64,000 nt of DNA from Candidatus Woesearchaeota archaeon. Lineage in GTDB: Archaea; Nanobdellota; Nanobdellia; Woesearchaeales; ARS49. Made by a program: the position numbers and the translations under genes. Shown piece after piece: positions 20,049-28,959 of the stretch. The notes below the pieces were generated by a model. That model was not told where the DNA came from. It saw only the letters and a list, made by a program, of their open reading frames with translations, and ran no database searches. The stretch's first letter is position 1, and each line of letters begins with the position of its first letter. The DNA is taken from NCBI GenBank assembly GCA_016203225.1, contig JACQNC010000014.1, positions 91,715 to 155,714 on the forward strand, read 5' to 3'.

Positions 20049-20777
20049 ATGCAGCTCGCGAACGGCGTAGACGCCATCGATCTCGCGATATATCTTCCCG
20101 TCCACGAAACGCTAGTCCTGTCCGACCTCCACATGGGATTCGAGGAATCCCTCAACGCGCAAGGCGTCCTCGTGCCCAGGACACACTACAAGGACCTGGT
20201 CGATCGGCTGGAACTCATCTTCGCGGAACTCAAGAACCGCAGACAGCGCGTCAGCCAGGTGGTGATCACGGGCGACCTGAAGCACGAGTTCGGAGGCATC
20301 CGAAGACAGGAGTGGAAAGACGTCTCGCGCATCGTCGACTACCTTCTGCGGCGCGTAGAGAGGCTCGTCCTCATCAAGGGCAACCACGATGTCCAGCTCG
20401 GACCGATCGCGACGCGCCGCGGATTGGAACTCGTCAAGGACGTCCGGCTCGGTGACGTCCTAATAATCCATGGCGACCAGGAGCCCAATGACCTGAAGGG
20501 AGTGACGACCATCATCATGGGGCACGAACATCCCGCCATCGGGTTGCGTAGCGGAACGCGCGTTGAGCGTTTCAAATGCTACCTTGTCGGGAGATACAAG
20601 CGCAAGACGCTCATCGTGCAACCGTCAGCCAATCTCTTGACAGAAGGCAGCGATGTCATGAAAGAACAGACCTTGAGTCCCTTGCTATCAAAAGATATCC
20701 TATCATTCAAGGCTTTCGTCCTAGATGACAAGAAACGGGAGCTGCTCGACTTCGGCGTGATCAGGCGGTTGCGCTAG
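20049..20777 (+). CDS. Archaeal calcineurin-like metallophosphoesterase
   Basis: SDLHMG, GDLKHEFG, KGNHD, HGD, GHEHP. Confidence 0.92.
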   Translation: MQLANGVDAIDLAIYLPVHETLVLSDLHMGFEESLNAQGVLVPRTHYKDLVDRLELIFAELKNRRQRVSQVVITGDLKHEFGGIRRQEWKDVSRIVDYLLRRVERLVLIKGNHDVQLGPIATRRGLELVKDVRLGDVLIIHGDQEPNDLKGVTTIIMGHEHPAIGLRSGTRVERFKCYLVGRYKRKTLIVQPSANLLTEGSDVMKEQTLSPLLSKDILSFKAFVLDDKKRELLDFGVIRRLR

Positions 20778-22137
20778 AAACGACGCGGTTCCTGCCCGAG
20801 TTTTTCGCCTGGTACAGCGCTGTGTCAGCCGAGGAGAAAAGCTGGTTGAACCCATCCGCGTTGTCGGGGAACGCTGCCACGCCTATGCTGACGGTGAGAT
20901 TGGCGCGGCCTGGCTCGCCTTTCCGCAGTTCGCTCATCAAAGTCACGGTCTTGTCCGCAATCAACGTCCTCAGATGCTCAGCGACACCCGCAGCATGAAT
21001 CTTGTCGGTGTTCGGCAGGAACACGACGAACTCCTCGCCGCCCCAGCGTCCGACTATATCCGAGGTGCGTACGTTCTCGTGCATGATCCTCGCGACCAAC
21101 GCCAACGCGCGGTCGCCCGCGTCATGGCCGTAGGTGTCGTTGATGCCCTTGAAATGGTCGATGTCGACCACCAGCAACGCGGCGGGCCAACGGTTGCGCC
21201 GCGCCAGCGACAGTTGGGGTTCTGCCAATTGCAGGAACGTGCGCCTGTTCGGGACTTGCGTGAGGAAGTCGATCCCTCCCGCGGCAGCCTCGGTCTCGAC
21301 GTGCTCTGTCCGGTGCACGGCGAACGTCCCGGCGAGGTTCAACACGCGTTCTGCCTCCGGCCCGAGCGCAACCTTGTGCCTGAGGATTATGCGTTGGAGC
21401 TCCTGGAATTCTGAAGGCTTGGAGAACCCCGCGATCACCTTCAGCAACGCGTCAGCGGTCATCTTGTTGGCCTGCTGAAGATCGAGGATGATCCGCTCGA
21501 CCGTACGCTGTTTGGCCAGCGCGAGGTTCAACGCGTCGAGAGCGTCCTTCTGCTTCCGCAACACGAGCTCAAGTGCGCGTTCGACGGCATCGAGGTCGTC
21601 GGCCCACGCGACGGCCTGGTTCGGGCCCGGCTGCGGCGTCTGCTCGATGCTCCGAAGCGTTGCCTGTTCCTGCTCCAGGAGGCGTTTCTTGTCCGACTGC
21701 CTGGCCCGCCAATCGCCCAATCTCGCGGTGATGAACGCGGAGATGTCCGTGATCTGTTTGCGCTTGGCCGCGAGCGCCAGCCTTTCAGCGAACGCGGCTG
21801 CCATGCCCTTCTGTTCGAGTTCCTGCTGCAGAGCTTCCGTATCCTCGAACTGGATCTTCGACTGCTGCAGGATCTGCTGGCGCACTGACTCGAACTCCTG
21901 ATCGAGCGGTCGCAACGTCACCATGAACGAAGGGAAGATATCAGCCATGATGCGAACGATGACCTGCCGGACGGTCGCGGTGTCGTTCTGGCGCAACGCG
22001 AAAATCAACCCCCTGACAAGCTGCCGGTGCGGCTCAATCGTGCCTAGCTCTGCCTCGAGGCTGTGCAATTGCAGCTGTTCGTCAGAAGTGAGGCTGGCGA
22101 GAAGCTGGATGATCCGTCGCGCGTCCTCCTCTTTCAC
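20761..22137 (-). CDS. Diguanylate cyclase (N-terminal helical region + GGDEF domain)
   Basis: D.LT..PNRR, DIDHFK.IND.YGH..GD, RTSD I-site, RWGGEEF, TVSIGVA, AD.ALY.AK..GRN. Confidence 0.95.
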   Translation of the reverse strand: MKEEDARRIIQLLASLTSDEQLQLHSLEAELGTIEPHRQLVRGLIFALRQNDTATVRQVIVRIMADIFPSFMVTLRPLDQEFESVRQQILQQSKIQFEDTEALQQELEQKGMAAAFAERLALAAKRKQITDISAFITARLGDWRARQSDKKRLLEQEQATLRSIEQTPQPGPNQAVAWADDLDAVERALELVLRKQKDALDALNLALAKQRTVERIILDLQQANKMTADALLKVIAGFSKPSEFQELQRIILRHKVALGPEAERVLNLAGTFAVHRTEHVETEAAAGGIDFLTQVPNRRTFLQLAEPQLSLARRNRWPAALLVVDIDHFKGINDTYGHDAGDRALALVARIMHENVRTSDIVGRWGGEEFVVFLPNTDKIHAAGVAEHLRTLIADKTVTLMSELRKGEPGRANLTVSIGVAAFPDNADGFNQLFSSADTALYQAKNSGRNRVVSSATA

Positions 22138-22162
22138 AGGCGGGATACGACAAGAACTATAT

Positions 22163-22549
22163 TTAAAGCTTCAGGTGGTGCTTGTAGTCTCTCGCAAGCG
22201 CTTCGGTGATGGTCTTGCAATGACCGTCGACTACCGAGAAGGAATTCTTTGAAGCGCCTTCGAGGCGTGAAGAGACGTCATCCTTGTGCGCGCCGAGCAG
22301 GTCCGCGAACGCCGAAGACGGGTCGCGGCATTCCTGAGCAGCGGTCTGGACAGCCTCCGCGAGCAGGGTCACGATGTAGCTCATCGTCCCGAACACGAAC
22401 GCCCGATGGCGCACGTAGTCCGCGGAGAAATCGGTGGGTCGCTCGATGGATTGCTCGCTCGCGAACCGTCTGAGGATCTCCTCGGTGCGTCCTATGCGTT
22501 TCGTCCATTGCTCGAGCACTTCGATGCCCGGCACAGCGACATCTGCCAT
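22163..22549 (-). CDS. Hypothetical helical protein (weak DUF86/HEPN-like appearance)
   Basis: ATG downstream of a TTTATAAA box; no RxxxxH motif. Confidence 0.5.
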   Translation of the reverse strand: MADVAVPGIEVLEQWTKRIGRTEEILRRFASEQSIERPTDFSADYVRHRAFVFGTMSYIVTLLAEAVQTAAQECRDPSSAFADLLGAHKDDVSSRLEGASKNSFSVVDGHCKTITEALARDYKHHLKL

Positions 22550-22647
22550 GATTTGATGGCAGCGAACAGCTCTTTATAAATCTTTGCTTTTATACTACTT
22601 AAAAGAGACAACAAATCCTTCTTAAACGAAGACCGCAATCATAAGCC

Positions 22648-23289
22648 ATGCTCGCCGTGCTTGCGCCTATCCTGCACATAGACCAGTATCTAGGCATGCT
22701 CATCCAGGAATTCGGGATAATGGTATACGCGCTGCTTTTCTTGATCATCTTCGCAGAGACCGGGCTCGTCGTGTTACCGTTCCTGCCAGGCGACAGCCTG
22801 CTATTCGCGGCAGGCGCGTTCGCCGCGCTCGGCAGCCTCAATATCTGGACCCTGCTGATCCTACTCGCTATCGCCGCGATACTTGGGGACACGGCGAATT
22901 ACTGGATCGGCGCAAAGGTCGGCCCTCGCGTCTTCACCAAGGAACACGGCATCCTCTTCAGGCGCGAATACCTCGACCGCACGCACGCGTTCTACGACAA
23001 GTACGGCACGAAGACGATAATCCTGGCGCGGTTCGTTCCGATCGTTCGCACCTTCGCGCCGTTCGTGGCAGGCATCGGCAAGATGCGCTACGTGACCTTC
23101 CTCGCGTACAACGTCATAGGCGGACTCGCATGGATCATTTTCTTCGTCCTCGGCGGGTTCTACTTCGGCAACATCCCGCTGGTCAAGGACAACTTCGGCC
23201 TCGTCATCATCGTGATAATCGTGCTCTCCGTGCTGCCGCTCGTGTGCGAGATCTGCTACCACAAACTGAAGAAGTGTCCTACTGCCTGA
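22648..23289 (+). CDS. dedA: DedA family membrane protein
   Basis: FAETGL..LPFLPGDSLLF.AG, ARFVPIVRTFAPFVAG. Confidence 0.95.
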   Translation: MLAVLAPILHIDQYLGMLIQEFGIMVYALLFLIIFAETGLVVLPFLPGDSLLFAAGAFAALGSLNIWTLLILLAIAAILGDTANYWIGAKVGPRVFTKEHGILFRREYLDRTHAFYDKYGTKTIILARFVPIVRTFAPFVAGIGKMRYVTFLAYNVIGGLAWIIFFVLGGFYFGNIPLVKDNFGLVIIVIIVLSVLPLVCEICYHKLKKCPTA

Positions 23290-23316
23290 ACGCTCCTTGT
23301 CGTTCCTCGTCCCTCC

Positions 23317-23450
23317 GCTTTTCTCCCCCGGCAGTTTTGAGGTCGCGTTACATGCAGAACGCAGCGTTCTGCTGTACAGCCGAGACCTTCGGGCTCGGCA
23401 TGTATCGGTATTGATTCAATAGCAAGTATACCACTACAAACCTGCATGGG
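23317..23450 (+). repeat. Dispersed palindromic intergenic repeat, copy 4 (carries a 52-bp insertion)
   Basis: CCCCCGGCAGTTTTGAGGTCGCGTTA[insert]TCGGTATTGATTCAATAG...CCACTACAAACCTGCATGGG. Confidence 0.85.
23351..23402. mobile_element. Putative 52-bp MITE-like double-hairpin insertion flanked by TA
   Basis: TA|CATGC...GCATG|TA; absent from other repeat copies, which read GCGTTA-TCGG. Confidence 0.55.
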
Positions 23451-23530
23451 CATGGCTGCTTTGGAAGTTTGGGCGGCGTATCTCTGTTTCATGCAGAAGT
23501 TTTTTAAACGGCTTCTTTGCCTTTCAGGGT

Positions 23531-24484
23531 ATGCCTTTGAATGAGAAACTGGACGACATCCAGGATGGCCAAGACGGCATCCCTGGTAGTGACGATGATT
23601 ATGTCGGGGTGCTTGGCTGTCTCCATTACGCAAAACTCGGGCTTCTCACGACCGCTGCAACGGTGGCGCTCATCGCGCTGAGCTGTTCCAACGGCACATT
23701 GCGCGCGAAAGGCGAACAGCAACCGCAGCAGATCGTAATCAAGGAAAGCGAGGAGGACGCAGCCTACCGCCGCGCCCGGCGCGAACACCTCGAAGGAGAC
23801 CTGCCTGCCGCGGTCGGACTATACGAAAAATGCACCGATGATGCGCACAAACGACGCGTCGCATCACACTTATTATCGATCAAGACAACATACCGGACGC
23901 TCGACAGCCTCACGGATCTAACGATACAAAGCCTCAAACGAAACGCACAGACCTATCGCGAGGCCATCCATGACGCGAAGGCGGCTGTCGAAGACGCTCC
24001 CGAGAACCCATCAGCATACGCTGCGCTCGGGAGACTACAAATGTGCGCAGGCAATTTCGACGCAGCCGAGACAGCATACAAGGAATCCTTCGAACTCCTA
24101 CGCAACGCAGGCAAGGACGACGTAGCTGTCCGCGCAGGCATCATCCAAACAGCCATCTTCAAGAAGGACTATGACGCGGCCATCGACCTCGCGGAGAGGA
24201 CATGGAACCTCTATCCCTGGGAGACAGATATCGCCCAGCGACTGATAGATGCGTACAACCTGGCGGGCAGGATAGACAAGGCGCGCTCGGTCGTGTCGGC
24301 ATTGCGCATCCAGGACCCTAAGAACGAAGGATACATCCGTCAAGAGGCCAGCCTCGCGTGGTATTGCGAAGACTACGGCGGTGTCATCGGAGCGTACGCA
24401 GAGCTCATAAAGCGTGATGTCAAGGACAAGCGGTTCCTCCAGGAACAGATAGTCCAGCTCCAGACATTGCTCAAGAATGACTAG
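23531..24484 (+). CDS. TPR-repeat membrane protein or lipoprotein
   Basis: Hydrophobic segment ending LIALSC; TPR-like A...P.N..AY..LG motifs. Confidence 0.75.
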   Translation: MPLNEKLDDIQDGQDGIPGSDDDYVGVLGCLHYAKLGLLTTAATVALIALSCSNGTLRAKGEQQPQQIVIKESEEDAAYRRARREHLEGDLPAAVGLYEKCTDDAHKRRVASHLLSIKTTYRTLDSLTDLTIQSLKRNAQTYREAIHDAKAAVEDAPENPSAYAALGRLQMCAGNFDAAETAYKESFELLRNAGKDDVAVRAGIIQTAIFKKDYDAAIDLAERTWNLYPWETDIAQRLIDAYNLAGRIDKARSVVSALRIQDPKNEGYIRQEASLAWYCEDYGGVIGAYAELIKRDVKDKRFLQEQIVQLQTLLKND

Positions 24485-24630
24485 AACGCGTGACCGCACG
24501 ACTTGCACGCATGCGTCTTCAACTTCTCCTTGTACTCAGTCGTGAGCCCGAACTGCACCTTGCTCTGACAGCCAGGACAGTGCGGTTCCAGGTTTTCCAC
24601 CTGTTCGAAAAAGTTCACAAGGACGACCAT
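24481..24630 (-). CDS. Small zinc-ribbon protein (absent from ORF track)
   Basis: MVVLVNFFEQVENLEPHCPGCQSKVQFGLTTEYKEKLKTHACKSCGHAF*, 49 aa. Confidence 0.75.
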   Translation of the reverse strand: MVVLVNFFEQVENLEPHCPGCQSKVQFGLTTEYKEKLKTHACKSCGHAF

Positions 24631-24685
24631 CGGGAAAAACGATGGTGGCTGAGCTTTTAAGCATTTTTATATAAATTATAAAGCA

Positions 24686-27130
24686 TCAGAACCCGCCGAG
24701 CGTGCTCTGGCTCCCTTGCTGCGTGAACTCGTCCACGCTCACGCCCAAAACCGCGAAAATGCGTTCCACCGCAGGGATGACCTGGTGTTCGATGTAGTAG
24801 TCCGCATCATACTCTTCCTGGTCGGCCTCATCCTCGAGCTTGACCCTGTCGCGGATCTTGCCCTTGCCCTTCGTCACTACATACTTGATCATGTCGCCTG
24901 GCCCGACGTCGACACCGCGGGCCTTCAAACGCTGAGCAGCAGCCACGTGCGGACCAATCGCGGCGTACTCGCCCACGTCGCGCGTGAGTTGAGTCCAGAT
25001 GACGACCTTTTCCAAAGGGACCTTGTTGGACTTCAGGTCCGCGATGACACTCTTTACGTGCGCGAGCGCCTTCTGGCCATCACCTTCCCCGAGGATGATC
25101 CGCAAGACCTCCTTCTGGGTCTCCTTCGCGATGAACGCAGTGTTCCGTCTGACCGTCTCGAAGCCACGGATCTTCATGCTGCCCTTGCGGTCGATGAGCG
25201 CGTACTTCTTCTTCGCGCCTGCCTCCGATGCCTTGACAGCGACGAAGATGCCGCGGGGGTAGAAGCTTTCGTATTCCAACTCCATCAGGCCGGGCAATTC
25301 CTTGTTGATGCGCTGCACGAACGCCTTCGCATCATCCTCCGATTTCTTGCCTAGCATAAGAAAAACCGAGTCAGTGTCAGAATAAAGCACGGTGAACTTA
25401 TCCTTCTGCGCGCTCCCGATGACCTTCGTGATATAGTACCGTCCGTACGCGAGGATGCTTTGCCCGCATTCGAAACAGTACCAGCGCGCAGGCGCGAACC
25501 CAAGATAGCCGAAGAACGCGTTGGACAGAACTTTCAACGCCTCACTGCGCGCAGCGAGCAGGGTGTCCTTGGTCTGCTTGAGCAAAACCTTGATACGCGC
25601 GCGGCGCGCGATCAGGTCCTCGATTATGGTCGCGAGGAACCCCCGCTTCTTCGTGCAGAACCGGTACGTTTCGCCTTCCATCGGGACGAGCGGGGCATCC
25701 GGGCAGCAGGAACAGTTAAACGTGCCGGGAGATATGTTGTGAGAGGCGATGATGCTCGGATAAAGCGAACGATAGTCATACACCACGATGTCCTTGTACA
25801 GTCCTGGTGTGGGCTCGAACACGAGCGCGCCTTTGAGACGGAGCTGCATGCGCGCCGATTGCTGCATGTAGGGGGGCCTGTTCGGTGTGACCTCGTTGAA
25901 AGCCGCGGCTTGCTTTATGATGTACCACTCGACGAGCTGCGAGAAGCTCATCCTGTTGATGTCCCACAACGGAAGCCCGATGATCTTGACGAACTCGATC
26001 ATGTTCGGCAACACCTTCAACGTGAGATCGTAAGTGAGCTTGGAATCCTGCAGGTTGTACTTAGCGAACGTGTCCAGCTCCTCGGAGGCTGCGTCCCATG
26101 CGGGCGCGAGCCGGTCAAGGTCGACGTCGTGCTTGCCCTCTCCCAGAAGCTCTCCCGCGACCGCGTCCAGCGTGAACACGTCGGTCTCCATGCTCCTGCT
26201 GATTATCTTCCTTATGAACTTGAAGACGTCGACGTGAACGATGCCCGCGATCTGTGCGGTCGTCTGGCCGCGACCCGAGACCTTCAGCTCGGAATGATCC
26301 AGACCGATGTCGAGCTTGAGCCTGTACTTGTCCGCGCGCGTCCGGATGTACGGCAGGTCGAATCCATCCGAGAAATATCCTGCGAGGATGTCCGGCTTGT
26401 ACTCATCCACGAGCTCCTTGAAGCGCTGCAACAGATCCGCCTCGCTCGGCACGACCTCGATATACTTCTCGTGCGTGGGGAACTGTTTCCACGTGATCAC
26501 CTTGTGGAACCCGTCGCCGTAAAGAGCCAACATAAGGATTGGGTGCTTGTCGGGCATAACGCGCTTGCCCAGAGGATTGTACGTTTCGATGTCGACCGCC
26601 AGGATGCGCGGAGTTGTGAGAGCCTCCTCGTTCGCCTGCTTCACGGACGTGGCTTTCAGGACAGGCACGCGAGACTCCTCGACCATCTGCTCGCCAGTCG
26701 CTTCGATAAGAGTCATCGGTTGAAGGCACTTGTCTATCAGGTACCTACGCGCGAACTTTATGTCGTACTCGAAACAATCCTTGATCCCCGGCCATTTACG
26801 GATGGCGTCCTTTATCTCCGGCACTCCCGACGGCATGTTGACGACCACCTTGAGCAGGCGCTGCTCCTGTTCGTTGACCCGCTTCGTGATGTCCTCTGTC
26901 CTCACAACGAAGAAATCGCCTTCCTTGCTGCTCTGCCGCACTGTCGCGAGGTCGTTCTTCAGGGTCTGAAGGTCATCATCCTTCGGCCAGACATAGAAAT
27001 ACGGCTCGAAACGCGCGTCATGCACGCAGACCTGCTTTCCGTCGGGCGTGCGGCCGTACAAGTGGATGACCGCCTTCTTGTTCAGGATCCGGTACGAGAT
27101 GTCGGTGAGATAAAACCGCAGCGTTGTCAT
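24686..27130 (-). CDS. polB: DNA polymerase family B (archaeal B3-like)
   Basis: DIET exonuclease motif, FDLPY, DYRSLYPS, K...N..FGY, YSDTDS, KKKYA, C-terminal Q.TL..F PIP box. Confidence 0.97.
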   Translation of the reverse strand: MTTLRFYLTDISYRILNKKAVIHLYGRTPDGKQVCVHDARFEPYFYVWPKDDDLQTLKNDLATVRQSSKEGDFFVVRTEDITKRVNEQEQRLLKVVVNMPSGVPEIKDAIRKWPGIKDCFEYDIKFARRYLIDKCLQPMTLIEATGEQMVEESRVPVLKATSVKQANEEALTTPRILAVDIETYNPLGKRVMPDKHPILMLALYGDGFHKVITWKQFPTHEKYIEVVPSEADLLQRFKELVDEYKPDILAGYFSDGFDLPYIRTRADKYRLKLDIGLDHSELKVSGRGQTTAQIAGIVHVDVFKFIRKIISRSMETDVFTLDAVAGELLGEGKHDVDLDRLAPAWDAASEELDTFAKYNLQDSKLTYDLTLKVLPNMIEFVKIIGLPLWDINRMSFSQLVEWYIIKQAAAFNEVTPNRPPYMQQSARMQLRLKGALVFEPTPGLYKDIVVYDYRSLYPSIIASHNISPGTFNCSCCPDAPLVPMEGETYRFCTKKRGFLATIIEDLIARRARIKVLLKQTKDTLLAARSEALKVLSNAFFGYLGFAPARWYCFECGQSILAYGRYYITKVIGSAQKDKFTVLYSDTDSVFLMLGKKSEDDAKAFVQRINKELPGLMELEYESFYPRGIFVAVKASEAGAKKKYALIDRKGSMKIRGFETVRRNTAFIAKETQKEVLRIILGEGDGQKALAHVKSVIADLKSNKVPLEKVVIWTQLTRDVGEYAAIGPHVAAAQRLKARGVDVGPGDMIKYVVTKGKGKIRDRVKLEDEADQEEYDADYYIEHQVIPAVERIFAVLGVSVDEFTQQGSQSTLGGF

Positions 27131-27206
27131 GCTCTGACAGGGATTCTGAGACTATATTAACCATTCGGGGCAATCTTTAAATAACGATGCAGGACTTGTT
27201 GAAGCC

Positions 27207-28145
27207 ATGTACGACGTCATCATCATCGGAGGCGGTGCAGCGGGGCTCACCGCGGCCATATACGCCTGTCGCAAGGCGTTCAAGACGCTCGTGGTCTCGC
27301 CAGAATACGGTGGCCAGACCAATCTCACCAGCCACATCGAGAACTATCCAGGATTCATCGTCTCCACGGGCTGGGACCTGATGAGCAAGTTCAAGGAACA
27401 GGCCGAACACTTCGGCGCCGAGACGCGCACCGCGAAAGCGGTCAAGGTCGAGAAAAACGGAGAGAAACAGTTCACGGTTCATTTCGAGGACAAGACGTCC
27501 GAAAAATGCAAAGCGGTCATTCTATGCCACGGTAAGTTGCCACGGCCGCTGAACATCCCTGGCGAGAAGGATTTCCTCGGACGCGGACTTAGCACGTGCG
27601 CGACGTGCGACGCGCCGTTGTACAAGGGCAAGACGGTCGCAGTGATCGGTGGCGGGAACGCCGCGCTCGAGGCTGTCGAGGAACTGCGCAACGCAGGCGC
27701 AAAAAAGGTCTATCTGGTGCACCGTCGCTCTGAATTCCGCGCAGACGAGATCACGGTCAAGAAAGTCAAGGCGTTGCCCGGCGTCGAGTTCGTGCTGAAC
27801 CATTCGCCTTCAGCGATAAAGGGCGACAAGTACGTCACCTCATTCGAAATCGAGGACGTCGCGACCAAGAAGCGCAGGGAACTGAAGGTCGACGGAGTGT
27901 TCTCAGAGATAGGGCATATCGCGGATTCTGAGATGGTCAGACATCTCTGCAAGCTAAACGACCACGCAGAAGTCCTGGTCGACGAGGCGGGGAACACTTC
28001 ATGCCCCGGAATCTTCGCCGCAGGCGACATCACGCCCGTTCGCTACAAGCAGACAGTCATCGCCGCAGGCGAAGGCGCCAAAGCGGCGCTTGAGTGCCAC
28101 CGGTATCTAACTGGCGGCACGGCGACAGGAGAGTACAGTAAGTAG
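27207..28145 (+). CDS. trxB: Thioredoxin reductase, paralogue 3 (canonical CATC)
   Basis: YDVIIIGGGAAG, CATCD, GGGNAA, HRRSEFRA, GIFAAGD. Confidence 0.93.
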   Translation: MYDVIIIGGGAAGLTAAIYACRKAFKTLVVSPEYGGQTNLTSHIENYPGFIVSTGWDLMSKFKEQAEHFGAETRTAKAVKVEKNGEKQFTVHFEDKTSEKCKAVILCHGKLPRPLNIPGEKDFLGRGLSTCATCDAPLYKGKTVAVIGGGNAALEAVEELRNAGAKKVYLVHRRSEFRADEITVKKVKALPGVEFVLNHSPSAIKGDKYVTSFEIEDVATKKRRELKVDGVFSEIGHIADSEMVRHLCKLNDHAEVLVDEAGNTSCPGIFAAGDITPVRYKQTVIAAGEGAKAALECHRYLTGGTATGEYSK

Positions 28146-28180
28146 ATAGATATTTATTCTTCAGTAGCTTTCTCAGAGTA

Positions 28181-28639
28181 ATGGCGGATGGTGTTTCTGA
28201 TGGGCCGGGATCCGGAGCGCACGTCGGCGGAATTGACGAACTGCTCGAAGCAACAACGGTAGACTTTCCAAAGCCGTTCCGGTTGCATGAGCTTGAAAAA
28301 TTCTTCGTCTATCTGTGCCAGCAGCACGGTATCGAAACGGCATACACTGTCGAGAAGCATAAGCGCACCGGGACAAAATACGACGATCAAGGGAATCAGC
28401 AGAAAGCGGAAAAACCATTGCTCGGCACGGTGAGCGCGGCAGGGATGATGCATACTCGGGAGCCGCCTTTCAAGACGTGCGGGTTCCGCACAGAACATGC
28501 CAGAAACACGAGCAGAATCAAGGCAGTCCATTTCGAAACGATCCCTGGATATGATGCTCTCTCAGAATACCGTCCAGAAGAAGTGCAGTTCTGGGCATAC
28601 ATCAAGCGCGCAGCTCAGGAATACTTCTCGAAGCTCTAG
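28181..28639 (+). CDS. Hypothetical protein, paralogue of 16863..17294
   Basis: Shared N- and C-terminal motifs. Confidence 0.6.
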   Translation: MADGVSDGPGSGAHVGGIDELLEATTVDFPKPFRLHELEKFFVYLCQQHGIETAYTVEKHKRTGTKYDDQGNQQKAEKPLLGTVSAAGMMHTREPPFKTCGFRTEHARNTSRIKAVHFETIPGYDALSEYRPEEVQFWAYIKRAAQEYFSKL

Positions 28640-28678
28640 CCCAAACATTTTTATAATCATGACCTTGCTATTTTCCCC

Positions 28679-28846
28679 ATGACACTCTACCGTTGCCATA
28701 CGTGCAGCAAAGAGAGCACGAAAAAAGGGATGTGCCCCCAGTGCAATAGGGCATTCGAGAAGACCTGCGGCGTGTGCGGGCACAACATCGACTGCTGCAC
28801 ATGCACGGGCGACATACCCCAGACTAAAGGCGTGCCGCGTAAATGA
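28679..28846 (+). CDS. Cys-rich double zinc-ribbon micro-protein (absent from ORF track)
   Basis: MTLYRCHTC...CPQC...CGVC...CCTC, 55 aa; TTTTTATAA box upstream. Confidence 0.7.
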   Translation: MTLYRCHTCSKESTKKGMCPQCNRAFEKTCGVCGHNIDCCTCTGDIPQTKGVPRK

Positions 28847-28959
28847 TGACGTACCCGCCGTGCCCTGAGTGCCACGGCCACGAGTTCGACTTCGACAAAA
28901 AGACAGGAAAACTGACCTGCAAGAAATGCGGGTACACAACATATCTGAAGGTGATCTGA
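28843..28959 (+). CDS. Stand-alone TFIIB-type zinc ribbon micro-protein (absent from ORF track)
   Basis: MMTYPPCPECHGHEFDFDKKTGKLTCKKCGYTTYLKVI*, 38 aa; ATGA-coupled. Confidence 0.7.
   Translation: MMTYPPCPECHGHEFDFDKKTGKLTCKKCGYTTYLKVI

Noticed and set aside
22163..22549. HEPN toxin of an MNT-HEPN pair
   Set aside because: No RxxxxH motif and no adjacent nucleotidyltransferase
24686..27130. Intein or viral/casposon origin of polB
   Set aside because: Normal length, PIP box present, housekeeping context, no terminal repeats or cas1
25460..27160. Long antisense ORFs (566 aa here; also 11206..12258, 62516..63700 and others)
   Set aside because: Shadow frames opposite well-supported genes in GC-rich DNA
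28957..28959. Genome-wide TGA recoding or selenocysteine
   Set aside because: TGA ends many clear genes with ATGA overlaps, and no other in-frame TGA was seen in conserved proteins
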